In this document: positions 26,700-35,794 of the stretch, one piece after another
How the letters are laid out: each line of letters starts with the position of its first letter
Numbering within the stretch: the stretch's first letter is position 1
Assembly (NCBI GenBank): GCA_963726785.1
Contig: CAVSDJ010000003.1
Coordinates: 345,878 to 409,877, forward strand
Origin: Blastocatellia bacterium
GTDB taxonomy: Bacteria > Acidobacteriota > Blastocatellia > UBA7656
Direction: 5' to 3'
DNA length: 64,000 nucleotides
The notes under the pieces: generated by a model
Seen by the model: only the letters and a program-made list of their open reading frames with translations
Databases searched by the model: none
What the model was told of the DNA's origin: nothing
Translations under genes and position numbers: made by a program

Positions 26700-29108
26700 T
26701 TACTCGTACCTGAGCGCAACCAGCGGGTCTACCTTCGTAGCTCTTCGCGCAGGAATGTAGCTCGCCAGAAAAGCCACAGCCGCAAGCGTCGCCGAAATGA
26801 TTACAAACGTAGCCGGGTCGCTCGCGCTGATCTGATAAAGCAAGCTCGCCATCAGCTTTGAAAGCATAAATGCTCCGGCCAGACCGAGGCCTAAGCCCGC
26901 AACTGTAAGCGCCATGCCTTGCCTGACAACCATCCTCATTACATCTCTGGAACTGGCTCCCAGAGCCATTCTTATGCCAATCTCGTGCGTGCGCTGAGTC
27001 ACGTAGTAACTCATCACGCCGTAGATTCCCACAGCCGCAAGCGTCATGGCGATTGCGGCGAAGATAGCAAGCAGAAGCGTGCGAAAACGGGGTTGCGCCA
27101 CGGATTCCGATACCAACTTCTCCATCGTTTGAACGTTATAGACGGGAACGTCTTTGTCCATTTGATGGGCTTCGCTTTTTATCGCTGCGGTCAACCGGGT
27201 CGGGTCGCTTGCGGCGCGCACGACCAGATTCGCCCCGCCAATAGGTGACTGGTACTGATTGACGTACATCTCTCGCCACGAATCCGCAGCCAGCCCATTG
27301 TGGCGAATGTCGCCGACTACTCCGACAATCTCGCCCTTCCAAGCCTCTCCAATATCAATTGCGAGGTGCTGACCGATGGGGTCTTCTTCGGGGAAAAATT
27401 GTCTGGCGAAGCTGTCGCTGATGATTACAACCTGCGGCGCGCTCAGTGAATCCGCATCGGTGAAGTAGCGCCCTTTCAAGAGCGGGATGCCCAGAGCGCG
27501 AAAATAATCCGGGCTTGCCACGCGCGAATTCGCATAACTTTGATCGCCAGGGCCGGAAGGTTTTCCTTCGATGGTGAAACGAGTATCTTCCTGCTGACCG
27601 CTCATCGGCAGTTGAGAAATAGTTCCGACCGCCTGCACACCCGGCAAACCTTCAACGCGGTGCACCAGTTGTTGAAAGAAGGCCGTCCGCTGTGATGGCT
27701 CAGTGTACTTTTGCCCCGCAAGCGCAACCTGCATCGTCAAAACATTCGCAGGCTTGAAGCCGGGATTAACTTCAGACAATTTCATGAAGCTCTTAATCAT
27801 CAATCCTGCGCCGATCAACACCGTCAAAGCTATTGCCACTTCAAAAACGACGAGCGCGCGGCGAATCCACTGCCCCATTGCGGTTGCGGCGCTCCGGCCT
27901 CCCTCTTTCAAGGTCTCATTCAAGTCTGTCCGCGATGCTTGAATTGCCGGAATCAATCCGAAAACGATTCCTGTAAGAAGCGAGACGGCAAGAGTGAATC
28001 CGAGCACGCGGCCATCAATCCCAACTTCTTTGACGCGCGGAATGTTGTCCGAACTCAGAGCCACGAGCGCGTTGATGCCCCATAAGGCCACGAGCAAGCC
28101 GAGCGTCCCGCCAAAGATCGACAGCAAGATGCTCTCGGTCAGCATCTGACGAGCGATGCGAGCGCGGCTCGCCCCGAGAGCCGCGCGAATGGCAATCTCT
28201 TTTTGCCGGGCCGAAGCGCGAGCAAGCAACAGGCTTGCGATGTTGGCGCAGGCGATGAGCAACACGAAAGCCACCGCGCCGCTCAGAATCAAGAGCGGCT
28301 GGCGCATGCTGCCGATGATTCGCTCGGACATCGAAACCAGCCCCGCGCCGTATTCCCTGTTCGAGTCCGGGTACTGATCGGCAAGCCGGCGTGCAATCGA
28401 AGTGAAATCGGCTTGCGCTTGCTCAAGGCTCACGCCCGCTTTCAGGCGACCGACCGGTCGAAGGAAATGAAAGCGGCGCACGGATGTTTGCGGCGTGCCG
28501 AATACCAGCGGAACCCAAAGCTCGACATCACGCGGATACTGAAAGCCCGCAGGCATTATCCCGACCACCGTGTAGCTGCGATCATTGAGAGTGATGGTCT
28601 GACCCAGTATGTTCGGGTCGCCCCCGAATCGTTGCTGCCAGATGCCGTTGCCTAAAACGACGATCTGGTCGCGCCCGTTCTGCTCTTCTTCGCGTGTGAA
28701 AGTGCGGCCATAAATCGGCTCGACGCCGAGCGTCTCGAAATAGCCTTCCGAGACGCGGGCCGATTTGACGCGCTCCGGTTCCGCGCCGCCCGTAAGGCTT
28801 GCTTCCCACGAAACCGACGCGGCCAATCGCTCGAACGATTGCTGCCGCTCGCGGTAATCTATAAAGTCAGGAGGCGAAACAGACCCTCCGAATATCTGCC
28901 CCGTCGTCAAGTTCGCGCCTAAGATCAGGACAAGACGTTCGGCATCCTTGTAAGGAAGCGGTTTGAGCAACACGCCATTGACCACGCTGAAGACCGCTGT
29001 GTTAGCGCCTATCCCCAAGGCAAGCGCGATCACTGCGACGGCTGTGAAAGCCGGACTCTTCAACAGCACCCTGATCCCATAACGCAGGTCTTGAATTATG
29101 TTTTCCAT
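26700..29108 (-). CDS. ADOP-family (MacB/FtsX-type, duplicated) ABC permease, orphan copy
   Basis: 802 aa. N-terminus [38 protein letters not shown]-terminus [17 protein letters not shown], two FtsX-like TM bundles. No adjacent ATPase gene. Confidence 0.85.
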   Translation of the reverse strand: MENIIQDLRYGIRVLLKSPAFTAVAVIALALGIGANTAVFSVVNGVLLKPLPYKDAERLVLILGANLTTGQIFGGSVSPPDFIDYRERQQSFERLAASVSWEASLTGGAEPERVKSARVSEGYFETLGVEPIYGRTFTREEEQNGRDQIVVLGNGIWQQRFGGDPNILGQTITLNDRSYTVVGIMPAGFQYPRDVELWVPLVFGTPQTSVRRFHFLRPVGRLKAGVSLEQAQADFTSIARRLADQYPDSNREYGAGLVSMSERIIGSMRQPLLILSGAVAFVLLIACANIASLLLARASARQKEIAIRAALGASRARIARQMLTESILLSIFGGTLGLLVALWGINALVALSSDNIPRVKEVGIDGRVLGFTLAVSLLTGIVFGLIPAIQASRTDLNETLKEGGRSAATAMGQWIRRALVVFEVAIALTVLIGAGLMIKSFMKLSEVNPGFKPANVLTMQVALAGQKYTEPSQRTAFFQQLVHRVEGLPGVQAVGTISQLPMSGQQEDTRFTIEGKPSGPGDQSYANSRVASPDYFRALGIPLLKGRYFTDADSLSAPQVVIISDSFARQFFPEEDPIGQHLAIDIGEAWKGEIVGVVGDIRHNGLAADSWREMYVNQYQSPIGGANLVVRAASDPTRLTAAIKSEAHQMDKDVPVYNVQTMEKLVSESVAQPRFRTLLLAIFAAIAMTLAAVGIYGVMSYYVTQRTHEIGIRMALGASSRDVMRMVVRQGMALTVAGLGLGLAGAFMLSKLMASLLYQISASDPATFVIISATLAAVAFLASYIPARRATKVDPLVALRYE

Positions 29109-29154
29109 AAGGCGTCTCTCTCAGGTGTCAATTGTTAATTAACTGACTCGCTCT

Positions 29155-29337
29155 GCCGCGTAGCGGCTTAATGAATTTAGCCGTGTACTTCAGTGCACGG
29201 GAAAAGTGTGAGTAGAGATTCTCGTCGCGTGAGCGACGATTGAGTTTCAGCCGTCGCTCACGCGACGAAATGGTGATGTCTATCAATTTACCGTGCACTG
29301 AAAGTACACGGCTAAACTCACGCTGCCGCTACGCGGC
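29155..29337. repeat. Three-tier nested palindromic element, family D
   Basis: Outer arms: gccgcgtagcggc (29155..29167) and gccgctacgcggc (29325..29337). Middle arms: tttagccgtgtacttcagtgcacgg and ccgtgcactgaaagtacacggctaaa. Inner arms: ttcgtcgcgtgagcgacg and cgtcgctcacgcgacgaa. Confidence 0.9.
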
Positions 29338-29358
29338 TGTGTAGTTCTAACCGATTGC

Positions 29359-30537
29359 TCACTTACATTGTTTCCATTCGGCGGGCGAGCCTTTAGATAA
29401 TCCGACTGCTCCGCTGAATGAATCGAGCGTGATTTGCGCTCCACCGTTGCCGAAGCGTCCGCTTATGCGGCGATTGATGGGGCCGCCTTGTAGCGGTGTT
29501 TCGACTTTTAACGGAAAAGCTGTTTCGATGTCTCCGCTGTATGTTATCAGCGTTGCTGTGAAGCCCGGAGCGTCAGGCTGTATGAACATCGCCACTTCGC
29601 CTGATATTGACTTCAATCTGTAGCGACCGTTTGCGCGAATCGCTCCTTTGAAAGTCACATCGCCGCTCGCGGTTGTTGCTTCAACATCGCCGCTCGCTCC
29701 GATAATTATTATAGAGCCGCTGGCGCTGTTAAGCTCGGCGCGCCCTTTCACACAATGCACGTCAATATCGCCCGTTGCCATATTGGCTCGCACGTCGCCC
29801 GCGGCATTGCGCACTGCGACAGTGCCGTTCGTAGCGGCCACGTCCACAGCGCCTGTGACGTTTTCAATCGTCATATCGCCGTGTGTGCTTCTGGCAATCA
29901 GATCGCCTTTGATCTCTCTTGCAATGATTTCGCCGCCGCGCGTATTAATTTTCAGCGAGCCGACGCGATTGACTGTGACCGTGCCCGTGCCGTTGCTGAT
30001 TGCAACCGGAGCATCCATGTCTGAAACATCAATTTCACCAGTGCTGCTTTCGACAGATTCGACTTCCGCATAACGCGGGACTTTCACTTCGATGTTGATG
30101 GTTCTCGCGCGTCGAGGAGTAGACAAGGGCACATAGAACAGGATTCTCGGTCGCGAAGCTTCTCCGCTCACTTGCGTCATCAAAGGCTCTGCGCCCGCTT
30201 CGCTCGTGGCTGCCGCTTGAAGCGTATCGCCTTCCACTCCGATTATTTTCACGTTAACAGTTTTGCTGGTCACTGCTATTCGTGTGCCTTGAGTGATCTT
30301 CCTGGTGATCGGACCCGATTGAACATCGGAAGTCTGCCCGTAAACTTTAGGCTTCGGCGCTGCTTGTATATCAGGCAGCGGTTCCATTGGCGATGAAGGA
30401 GGTATAGCTCTGGGCGATACAGGTGCAACCTTAGCGCCGGGCTTTGGGGCTTGCTTTGGCGCTTCTTGCCCCAGAGCATAAGAATTAAGGCTCAAAGCAA
30501 TCGCCACAATTAATGATTTAATAGTTCTTCTACACAT
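29359..30537 (-). CDS. DUF4097-like beta-helix repeat protein, paralog 3 (in the ECF sigma operon)
   Basis: 392 aa with a signal peptide and a Pro/Ala/Lys-rich linker. Repeats include TGEIDVSDMDAPVAISNGTGTVTV, THGDMTIENVTGAVDVAATNGTVAV, ATGDIDV, ASGSIIIIGASGDVEATTASGDVTF. Confidence 0.75.
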   Translation of the reverse strand: MCRRTIKSLIVAIALSLNSYALGQEAPKQAPKPGAKVAPVSPRAIPPSSPMEPLPDIQAAPKPKVYGQTSDVQSGPITRKITQGTRIAVTSKTVNVKIIGVEGDTLQAAATSEAGAEPLMTQVSGEASRPRILFYVPLSTPRRARTINIEVKVPRYAEVESVESSTGEIDVSDMDAPVAISNGTGTVTVNRVGSLKINTRGGEIIAREIKGDLIARSTHGDMTIENVTGAVDVAATNGTVAVRNAAGDVRANMATGDIDVHCVKGRAELNSASGSIIIIGASGDVEATTASGDVTFKGAIRANGRYRLKSISGEVAMFIQPDAPGFTATLITYSGDIETAFPLKVETPLQGGPINRRISGRFGNGGAQITLDSFSGAVGLSKGSPAEWKQCK

Positions 30538-30564
30538 AAGATCGTTATTATCCGTAATCGCTGA

Positions 30565-31416
30565 TTAATCAAGAGCCATATCTCTCAGCGCATCAACTTT
30601 CTTTGCGTAAGCAGAGAGCAAATACTGCAAAGCTACAGGATCATCTGGATGCTCGCGCACGACGCGACGCGTTTCTTTGATCGTGCGATCAATGTCTGAC
30701 AGCGCGCTGTCGAATCGAGCGAGCACCGTAGGATCAATCTGCGAGCGGCGACGATTTACATCGCGCGATAAGATTGAAATTGCTGCAAGATATTTCTGCT
30801 CCGCTTCACGAACAAGCTGCGCCGGGTCGGCTTGTTTCGGCGGCGCTTTTGCTACGAGTTGCTTTTGAACAGCAGGCTTGTTCTCTTTTTCAACTATGGC
30901 TGGCTTGCCTGTTTCGGCCAATTCGTCTCGCTTTTCATCAGGCTTCGTCGCAGGTGGTTCGACCGCCTTGTTTGCATTGTTTGGGCTGCCGCTGTCAGAA
31001 GCAGGAGGATTCGTAGCAAGAGGCTGATTGTTATTGCGCGAATTCATCACGCTCATCACGACAACAGTAAGCCCTACCGCCAACAACACGAGCACGGCTG
31101 CCAGAGCGGGGCTGAATCGCGGCGTGGCGAACAACGCGGCCAGTCGCTCGCGCAAACCTGCAAGCCCGCTCGATGAACGCGCGGCCTTCTCTTGATGAAT
31201 GCGCGCTTCGACGCCTGCCCACAGCGCAGGCGTTACTTCGACGTCTCGCTGATAGTGCGCGTAAAGCTCCTGCTCTTGCTTCAGCGCTTCGTAAGCCTTC
31301 GAGCAGTCCGAGCAATTGCTTGCGTGCGCGCTCACCCGCGCGGCGAGTTTCATCTCAAGCTCGCCGTCAATATATTCCTCAAGGAACTGCTGACACTCTT
31401 CACACTTCATAGCCAA
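30565..31416 (-). CDS. Anti-sigma factor (zf-HC2 / ZAS type), single-pass membrane protein
   Basis: N-terminal MKCEECQQFLEEYIDGEL...HASNCSDCSKAYEAL (HxxxCxxC) and a TM segment ALAAVLVLLAVGLTVVVMSV. Overlaps the sigma gene stop by 17 nt. Confidence 0.8.
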   Translation of the reverse strand: MAMKCEECQQFLEEYIDGELEMKLAARVSAHASNCSDCSKAYEALKQEQELYAHYQRDVEVTPALWAGVEARIHQEKAARSSSGLAGLRERLAALFATPRFSPALAAVLVLLAVGLTVVVMSVMNSRNNNQPLATNPPASDSGSPNNANKAVEPPATKPDEKRDELAETGKPAIVEKENKPAVQKQLVAKAPPKQADPAQLVREAEQKYLAAISILSRDVNRRRSQIDPTVLARFDSALSDIDRTIKETRRVVREHPDDPVALQYLLSAYAKKVDALRDMALD

Positions 31417-32032
31417 CTCCCAGATAGGGACGGATGCGTCGCTTCATCTCCGCTCGCGCGCGATGAAGGTCTGTCTTGAGCTTAGGAATCGAAAAGCCTG
31501 TTATCTCGGCTATCTCTTCGTAGCTCCGCTGATGAAACACCTTCAGCGTGAATACCATACGCTTATCTTCGTCAAGTGACGAGAGCGCTTCTTGAATCAC
31601 GCCGTTCAATTCTTTGTCCAACAGCGCGCGGTCGGGCGGAAGGTTGTCGTCTTTCAACTCGATCACGCGGTCATCATCAAGCTCGACCTTATAGTCTTCG
31701 CGATGGCGTGTGCGAAGCGATTCGCGCGCTACGTTTTTGGCAATGCCGAAGAGCCAAGTCGAAAGCTTCGTATCATCTCTCAGCCCACTCAGATTCTTGT
31801 AGGCGCGCACAAAGGTCTCCTGCGTCAATTCTTCGGCCAGGTCACGCTGGCCCACCATATCGTAAATGAAACTGATGATTGGTCGAGCATATCGCTCGAA
31901 TATTAGACGGAAAGCGTCATCATCGCCACGGCGAGCGAGTGCTATGATTTCCCCTGAACTGTTCATCAGAGCACCGGCGCGTGCGCTCGGCTGGCTCGCT
32001 AGGCTGACGGCCTCCATCATTCTCGGCTTCAT
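31400..32032 (-). CDS. ECF-family RNA polymerase sigma factor
   Basis: Region 2 (FRLIFERYARPIISFIYDMVGQRDLAEELTQETFVRAY) and region 4 (SYEEIAEITGFSIPKLKTDLHRARAEMKR). The start is ambiguous: 32032, 32020 or 31966. Confidence 0.85.
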   Translation of the reverse strand: MKPRMMEAVSLASQPSARAGALMNSSGEIIALARRGDDDAFRLIFERYARPIISFIYDMVGQRDLAEELTQETFVRAYKNLSGLRDDTKLSTWLFGIAKNVARESLRTRHREDYKVELDDDRVIELKDDNLPPDRALLDKELNGVIQEALSSLDEDKRMVFTLKVFHQRSYEEIAEITGFSIPKLKTDLHRARAEMKRRIRPYLGVGYEV

Positions 32033-32045
32033 CCTCAGTCCGCCA

Positions 32046-32075
32046 GTAAGTGACGCTCGCGCCCAAAAGGTTTCA
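32046..32075 (-). promoter_or_regulatory. ECF-type promoter candidate (autoregulatory)
   Basis: The minus strand reads TGAAACCTTTT-gggcgcgag-CGTCAC-TTAC just upstream of the sigma ORF. Matches 22824..22853. Confidence 0.5.
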
Positions 32076-32404
32076 ACACAAGCTTATTTTACACAAAAAT
32101 CAGCGGCATATCAGCAGGTGATTCGATCAGCATACGACCGCAACCGAGCACACGTTTCATCATCATCGTAAGTCTCAGAGGCGCAAATAGATTTTTCATT
32201 GCAACTTTTTCATCCGCGCTGCCACTTACCGGAGTGCCGTACTGTGCCTTTGCGTTCGAGGCTGCACCCGATTGAGATTCGCGGAACGTAATTAGGCCAG
32301 GGGTGGTATATCTCTTAGACACCGAATAAAGATCAAAGCTTTTCGATCAGGGATGTGAATCGAAGGGCCTCACTTTGCAATGCTCGCGGAGGTAATGAAA
32401 AAAA

Positions 32405-33124
32405 ATGAGTTCTAACGACCAACCGCTGATACGCCTTGAAGGCGTGACGAAAGTTTTCTTAACCGACGAAGTTGAAACGCACGCGCTTTCAGGGATACAC
32501 CTGGAAATAAAGAAAGGTGAATACATCTCGATTGCCGGGCCTTCGGGCTGCGGAAAATCGACATTGCTCTCCATACTCGGATTGCTCGATTCTCCTACAG
32601 ACGGCAGCTACTGGCTCGACGGAAAGCCGGTCGCGGATCTTCCGCTTGCCGAGCGCGCGCGCATACGCAATCGCGAAGTCGGTTTCATATTTCAGAGTTT
32701 CAACCTGATCGGCGACCTCACAGTATTCGAGAACGTAGAGCTTCCGCTCACTTACCGAGGCTTGAAATCGAGCGAGCGTCGCGACCGCGTTAAAGCAGCG
32801 CTCGAAAGAGTCGGCATGGCGCATCGCGAGAAACACCTGCCCAGCCAGTTGTCGGGCGGTCAGCAGCAGCGCGTAGCCGTTGCTCGCGCAGTCGCAGGCG
32901 ACCCGCTCATACTGCTTGCGGACGAACCGACCGGAAACCTCGACTCGACAAACGGCGAGGCAGTCATGGAACTGCTCGACGAGCTTCACGGGCAAGGCGC
33001 GACCATCTGCATGGTCACTCACGATCAACGATACATGGCGCATTCGGATAGAGCCATTCACCTCTTCGACGGTCTCGTTGTAGAGGAAGTACAAGAAAAA
33101 CAAAAAGCTCACTCTGTGAAATAA
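32405..33124 (+). CDS. MacB/LolD-type ABC transporter ATP-binding protein
   Basis: Walker A GPSGCGKST, signature LSGGQQQRVAVARAV, Walker B LLADEPTGNLD. Followed by three ADOP permease genes. Confidence 0.9.
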   Translation: MSSNDQPLIRLEGVTKVFLTDEVETHALSGIHLEIKKGEYISIAGPSGCGKSTLLSILGLLDSPTDGSYWLDGKPVADLPLAERARIRNREVGFIFQSFNLIGDLTVFENVELPLTYRGLKSSERRDRVKAALERVGMAHREKHLPSQLSGGQQQRVAVARAVAGDPLILLADEPTGNLDSTNGEAVMELLDELHGQGATICMVTHDQRYMAHSDRAIHLFDGLVVEEVQEKQKAHSVK

Positions 33125-33163
33125 AAGTCAGTGGTTATTGACCGCTGACCCGGAGGTCTGGCG

Positions 33164-35629
33164 ATGGAAAAGCTGCTTCACGATATTCGTTACAGTACTC
33201 GTATGCTCCGAAAAAGTCCGGGCTTCACTGCCGTAGCAATCATCGCGCTGGCTTTAGGCATAGGCGCGACGGCAGCAATCTTCAGCGTTATTTATGCGGT
33301 CGCGCTTCGTCCCCTGCCTTTCAAAGAGCCTGACCAGCTTGTAAAAGTATGGGGCAAGTTCGAAAAAGACGGGATACCGAAGAACTGGATTTCAGAGCCG
33401 GAGCTTTATGACCTCAGAGAGAACACACAGTCTTTTGAAGACTTCGCCGCCTTTCAAACGTTCGGCGTGAACCTGACGGGAAATGATTCTGCCGAACGAG
33501 TATCGGCAGCCTTCGTCAACGCAAACCTCTTTTCGCTCCTTCGCATTCAGCCGAGCCTTGGCCGGACCTTCACAGAAGAAGAAGACAAAGCAGGGGCAGA
33601 TCGCGTCGTGCTCGTAAGCAATGGGTTGTGGAAACGGCGCTTTGCCGCTGACCCGTCTATCGTTGAAAGCACCATCTCGCTCAACGCCCGCAACTACACT
33701 GTGCTCGGCGTTATGCCTCCCGGCTTCAATTACCCGGATGATGTTGACGTATGGATACCGATAGGATTCGATAAGGCTAATCCCGGGAATCGTGGCAATC
33801 ACGGTCTGGAAGTCTTATCGCGCATCAAAGACGGCGTTTCAATCGAGCAGGCGAATTCCGAAATCAGCAGTCTTGCAAATGCCCTCGCGGAAAAAAATCC
33901 TAACTTCTATTCATCTGACGGAGGCTTCAGCTTTTACTCAATACCGTTACACGAAGAAGTGGTCGGAAACATCAAGCCGATGCTCGTGTTGCTTATCATC
34001 TCGGTCGCGCTCGTGCTGCTGATTGCCTGCGCCAACGTAGCCAATATGCTGCTGGCGCGAGCAACTGTTCGCGAAAAAGAGGTGGCCATTCGCGCGGCGC
34101 TTGGCGCTGGTCGCGCTCGCCTGATGAGACAACTGCTGACGGAGAGCCTGCTGCTCGCTTTTGTCGGGGGCGTGCTCGGCGTGTTGCTCGCAGTTTTGGG
34201 GGTGAAACTGTTCGTCGCTTTCGGCCCGCAGAACATACCTCGCATAGCTGAAATAAAAATTGATATGCTCGTGCTCGGCTTCAGCCTTCTGGTCACAGTT
34301 CTGACAGGAATAATCTTCGGGCTTGCTCCTGCGCTCCACATCTCGAAGCCGAACCTCAGCAACTCTTTGAAGGAAGGCGGGCGCGGCTCGACCGGCTCTC
34401 GCCACTTTGTTCGCAACGCGCTCGTAGTTTCGGAAGTGGCGTTCGCGCTCATGCTGTTGATCGTTGCGGGGCTGACGATGAGAAGCTTTCAACGACTTCT
34501 TGAAATCAACCTTGGCTTCCACACCGACAACGTTTTAACAATGCGGCTGACTCTGCCTCAAGTCAATTATCCGGAGAACGCGCAGGTCGCAACCTTTTAC
34601 ACCAGGCTGGCCGAGCAGGTCGAAGCTCTGCCCGGCGTTCAATCGGCAGGTGCTACGTCCATCCTGCCTTTGAGCGGGTCTTACTCATCGGGCACTACAC
34701 TTGTAGAAGACACATCGGCTGGCGAAGGGTTGCAGAAATTTCAAGGTCATCCATTTCTCGAAGCTGACCGGCGAAATGTGACTCCGGGATACTTTGAAAG
34801 TCTCGGCGCAAAGCTTTTGAAAGGGCGATTGATAGCCGAAACCGATAACGACAAAGCCCCACGCATTGCGGTCGTTGATGAAAAGTTCGCGCGCCGCTTC
34901 TGGCCCAACGGCGAAGCGGTCGGCAAGCGCATTGCGGTCGGCGGCGGGCCGAACAATATAGAGTGGGGCGAGATCGTCGGCGTCATAGGTCACATCCGCC
35001 ATTACGGAACGAACAAGGAAGGCCAGGACCGCGCTTACTTTCCCGAAGGCCGCGAGCAAATCTACTTCCCTCATGCTCAGAACCCTCAGCGCACGATGTA
35101 CATGGCCATTCGCACTGCGACCGAGCCGTCGAATTTGACGAATGCCGTGCGCGGTGTTGTTCAGTCGCTTGACCGAAACTTGCCGCTCTATGAAGTGAAG
35201 ACGATGGATCAGCTTGTTTCGGTCGCGGTCGCAAATCCGCGTTTGAATCTTGTGCTGATGGGGATATTCGCGGGCGTGGCTTTGATACTGGCAACGGTAG
35301 GAATCTATGGCGTGATGAGTTATTCAGTCACGCAGCGCACGCACGAAATCGGTATTCGCATGGCGTTGGGCGCGCAACAGACTGACGTGCTGAAGATGGT
35401 CGTAAAACAAGGCATGGCTTTGACCGGAGCAGGCGTTGTAGCAGGTTTGGCCGGAGCGATGTTGACGACTCGATTGATGTCGAGCCTGCTTTTCGGAGTC
35501 TCTGCTACTGACCCCGTCACTTTCGGAGTCATATCGCTCATTCTGATAGGAGTGGCTCTGGGAGCCTGTTTCGTGCCAGCACGTCGCGCCACAAAAGTAG
35601 ACCCGATGGTCGCGCTTCGCTACGAATAG
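33164..35629 (+). CDS. ADOP-family MacB-type duplicated permease (tandem copy 1)
   Basis: 821 aa. RBS GGAGG. N-terminus [38 protein letters not shown]-terminus [17 protein letters not shown]. Confidence 0.85.
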   Translation: MEKLLHDIRYSTRMLRKSPGFTAVAIIALALGIGATAAIFSVIYAVALRPLPFKEPDQLVKVWGKFEKDGIPKNWISEPELYDLRENTQSFEDFAAFQTFGVNLTGNDSAERVSAAFVNANLFSLLRIQPSLGRTFTEEEDKAGADRVVLVSNGLWKRRFAADPSIVESTISLNARNYTVLGVMPPGFNYPDDVDVWIPIGFDKANPGNRGNHGLEVLSRIKDGVSIEQANSEISSLANALAEKNPNFYSSDGGFSFYSIPLHEEVVGNIKPMLVLLIISVALVLLIACANVANMLLARATVREKEVAIRAALGAGRARLMRQLLTESLLLAFVGGVLGVLLAVLGVKLFVAFGPQNIPRIAEIKIDMLVLGFSLLVTVLTGIIFGLAPALHISKPNLSNSLKEGGRGSTGSRHFVRNALVVSEVAFALMLLIVAGLTMRSFQRLLEINLGFHTDNVLTMRLTLPQVNYPENAQVATFYTRLAEQVEALPGVQSAGATSILPLSGSYSSGTTLVEDTSAGEGLQKFQGHPFLEADRRNVTPGYFESLGAKLLKGRLIAETDNDKAPRIAVVDEKFARRFWPNGEAVGKRIAVGGGPNNIEWGEIVGVIGHIRHYGTNKEGQDRAYFPEGREQIYFPHAQNPQRTMYMAIRTATEPSNLTNAVRGVVQSLDRNLPLYEVKTMDQLVSVAVANPRLNLVLMGIFAGVALILATVGIYGVMSYSVTQRTHEIGIRMALGAQQTDVLKMVVKQGMALTGAGVVAGLAGAMLTTRLMSSLLFGVSATDPVTFGVISLILIGVALGACFVPARRATKVDPMVALRYE

Positions 35630-35647
35630 TCAGTAGCCGACCGTTGA

Positions 35648-35775
35648 CAGTAGCCCGACCGTGAGGGAGGGCGCAGACACACGCCCTCCCTCACGGTCGG
35701 GCTACTGTCATAAGTCAGTAGCCCGCGCGTAAGCAAGGGCGCAAATGCTCGCCCTCCCTCACGGTCGGGCTACTG
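35648..35775. repeat. Two tandem hairpins of palindrome family C (cagtagcccgaccgtgagggagggcg...)
   Basis: 35648..35707 is a near-perfect hairpin and 35716..35775 is an imperfect second copy. A partial arm sits at 35630..35647. Related copies at 40799..40860 and 51841..51900. Confidence 0.9.
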
Positions 35776-35794
35776 TCATAAGTAGGAGAAAATA

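Noticed and set aside
32089-32322. 77-aa ORF in the divergent sigma/ATPase intergenic region
   Set aside because: It has no RBS and no family resemblance. The region is more plausibly promoter and leader DNA for the flanking operons.
35630-35775. Possible CRISPR array (repeated ~26-nt units)
   Set aside because: There are only two to three units, and they are the inverted arms of hairpins with 8-nt loops, not direct repeats separated by unique spacers. No cas genes are present.
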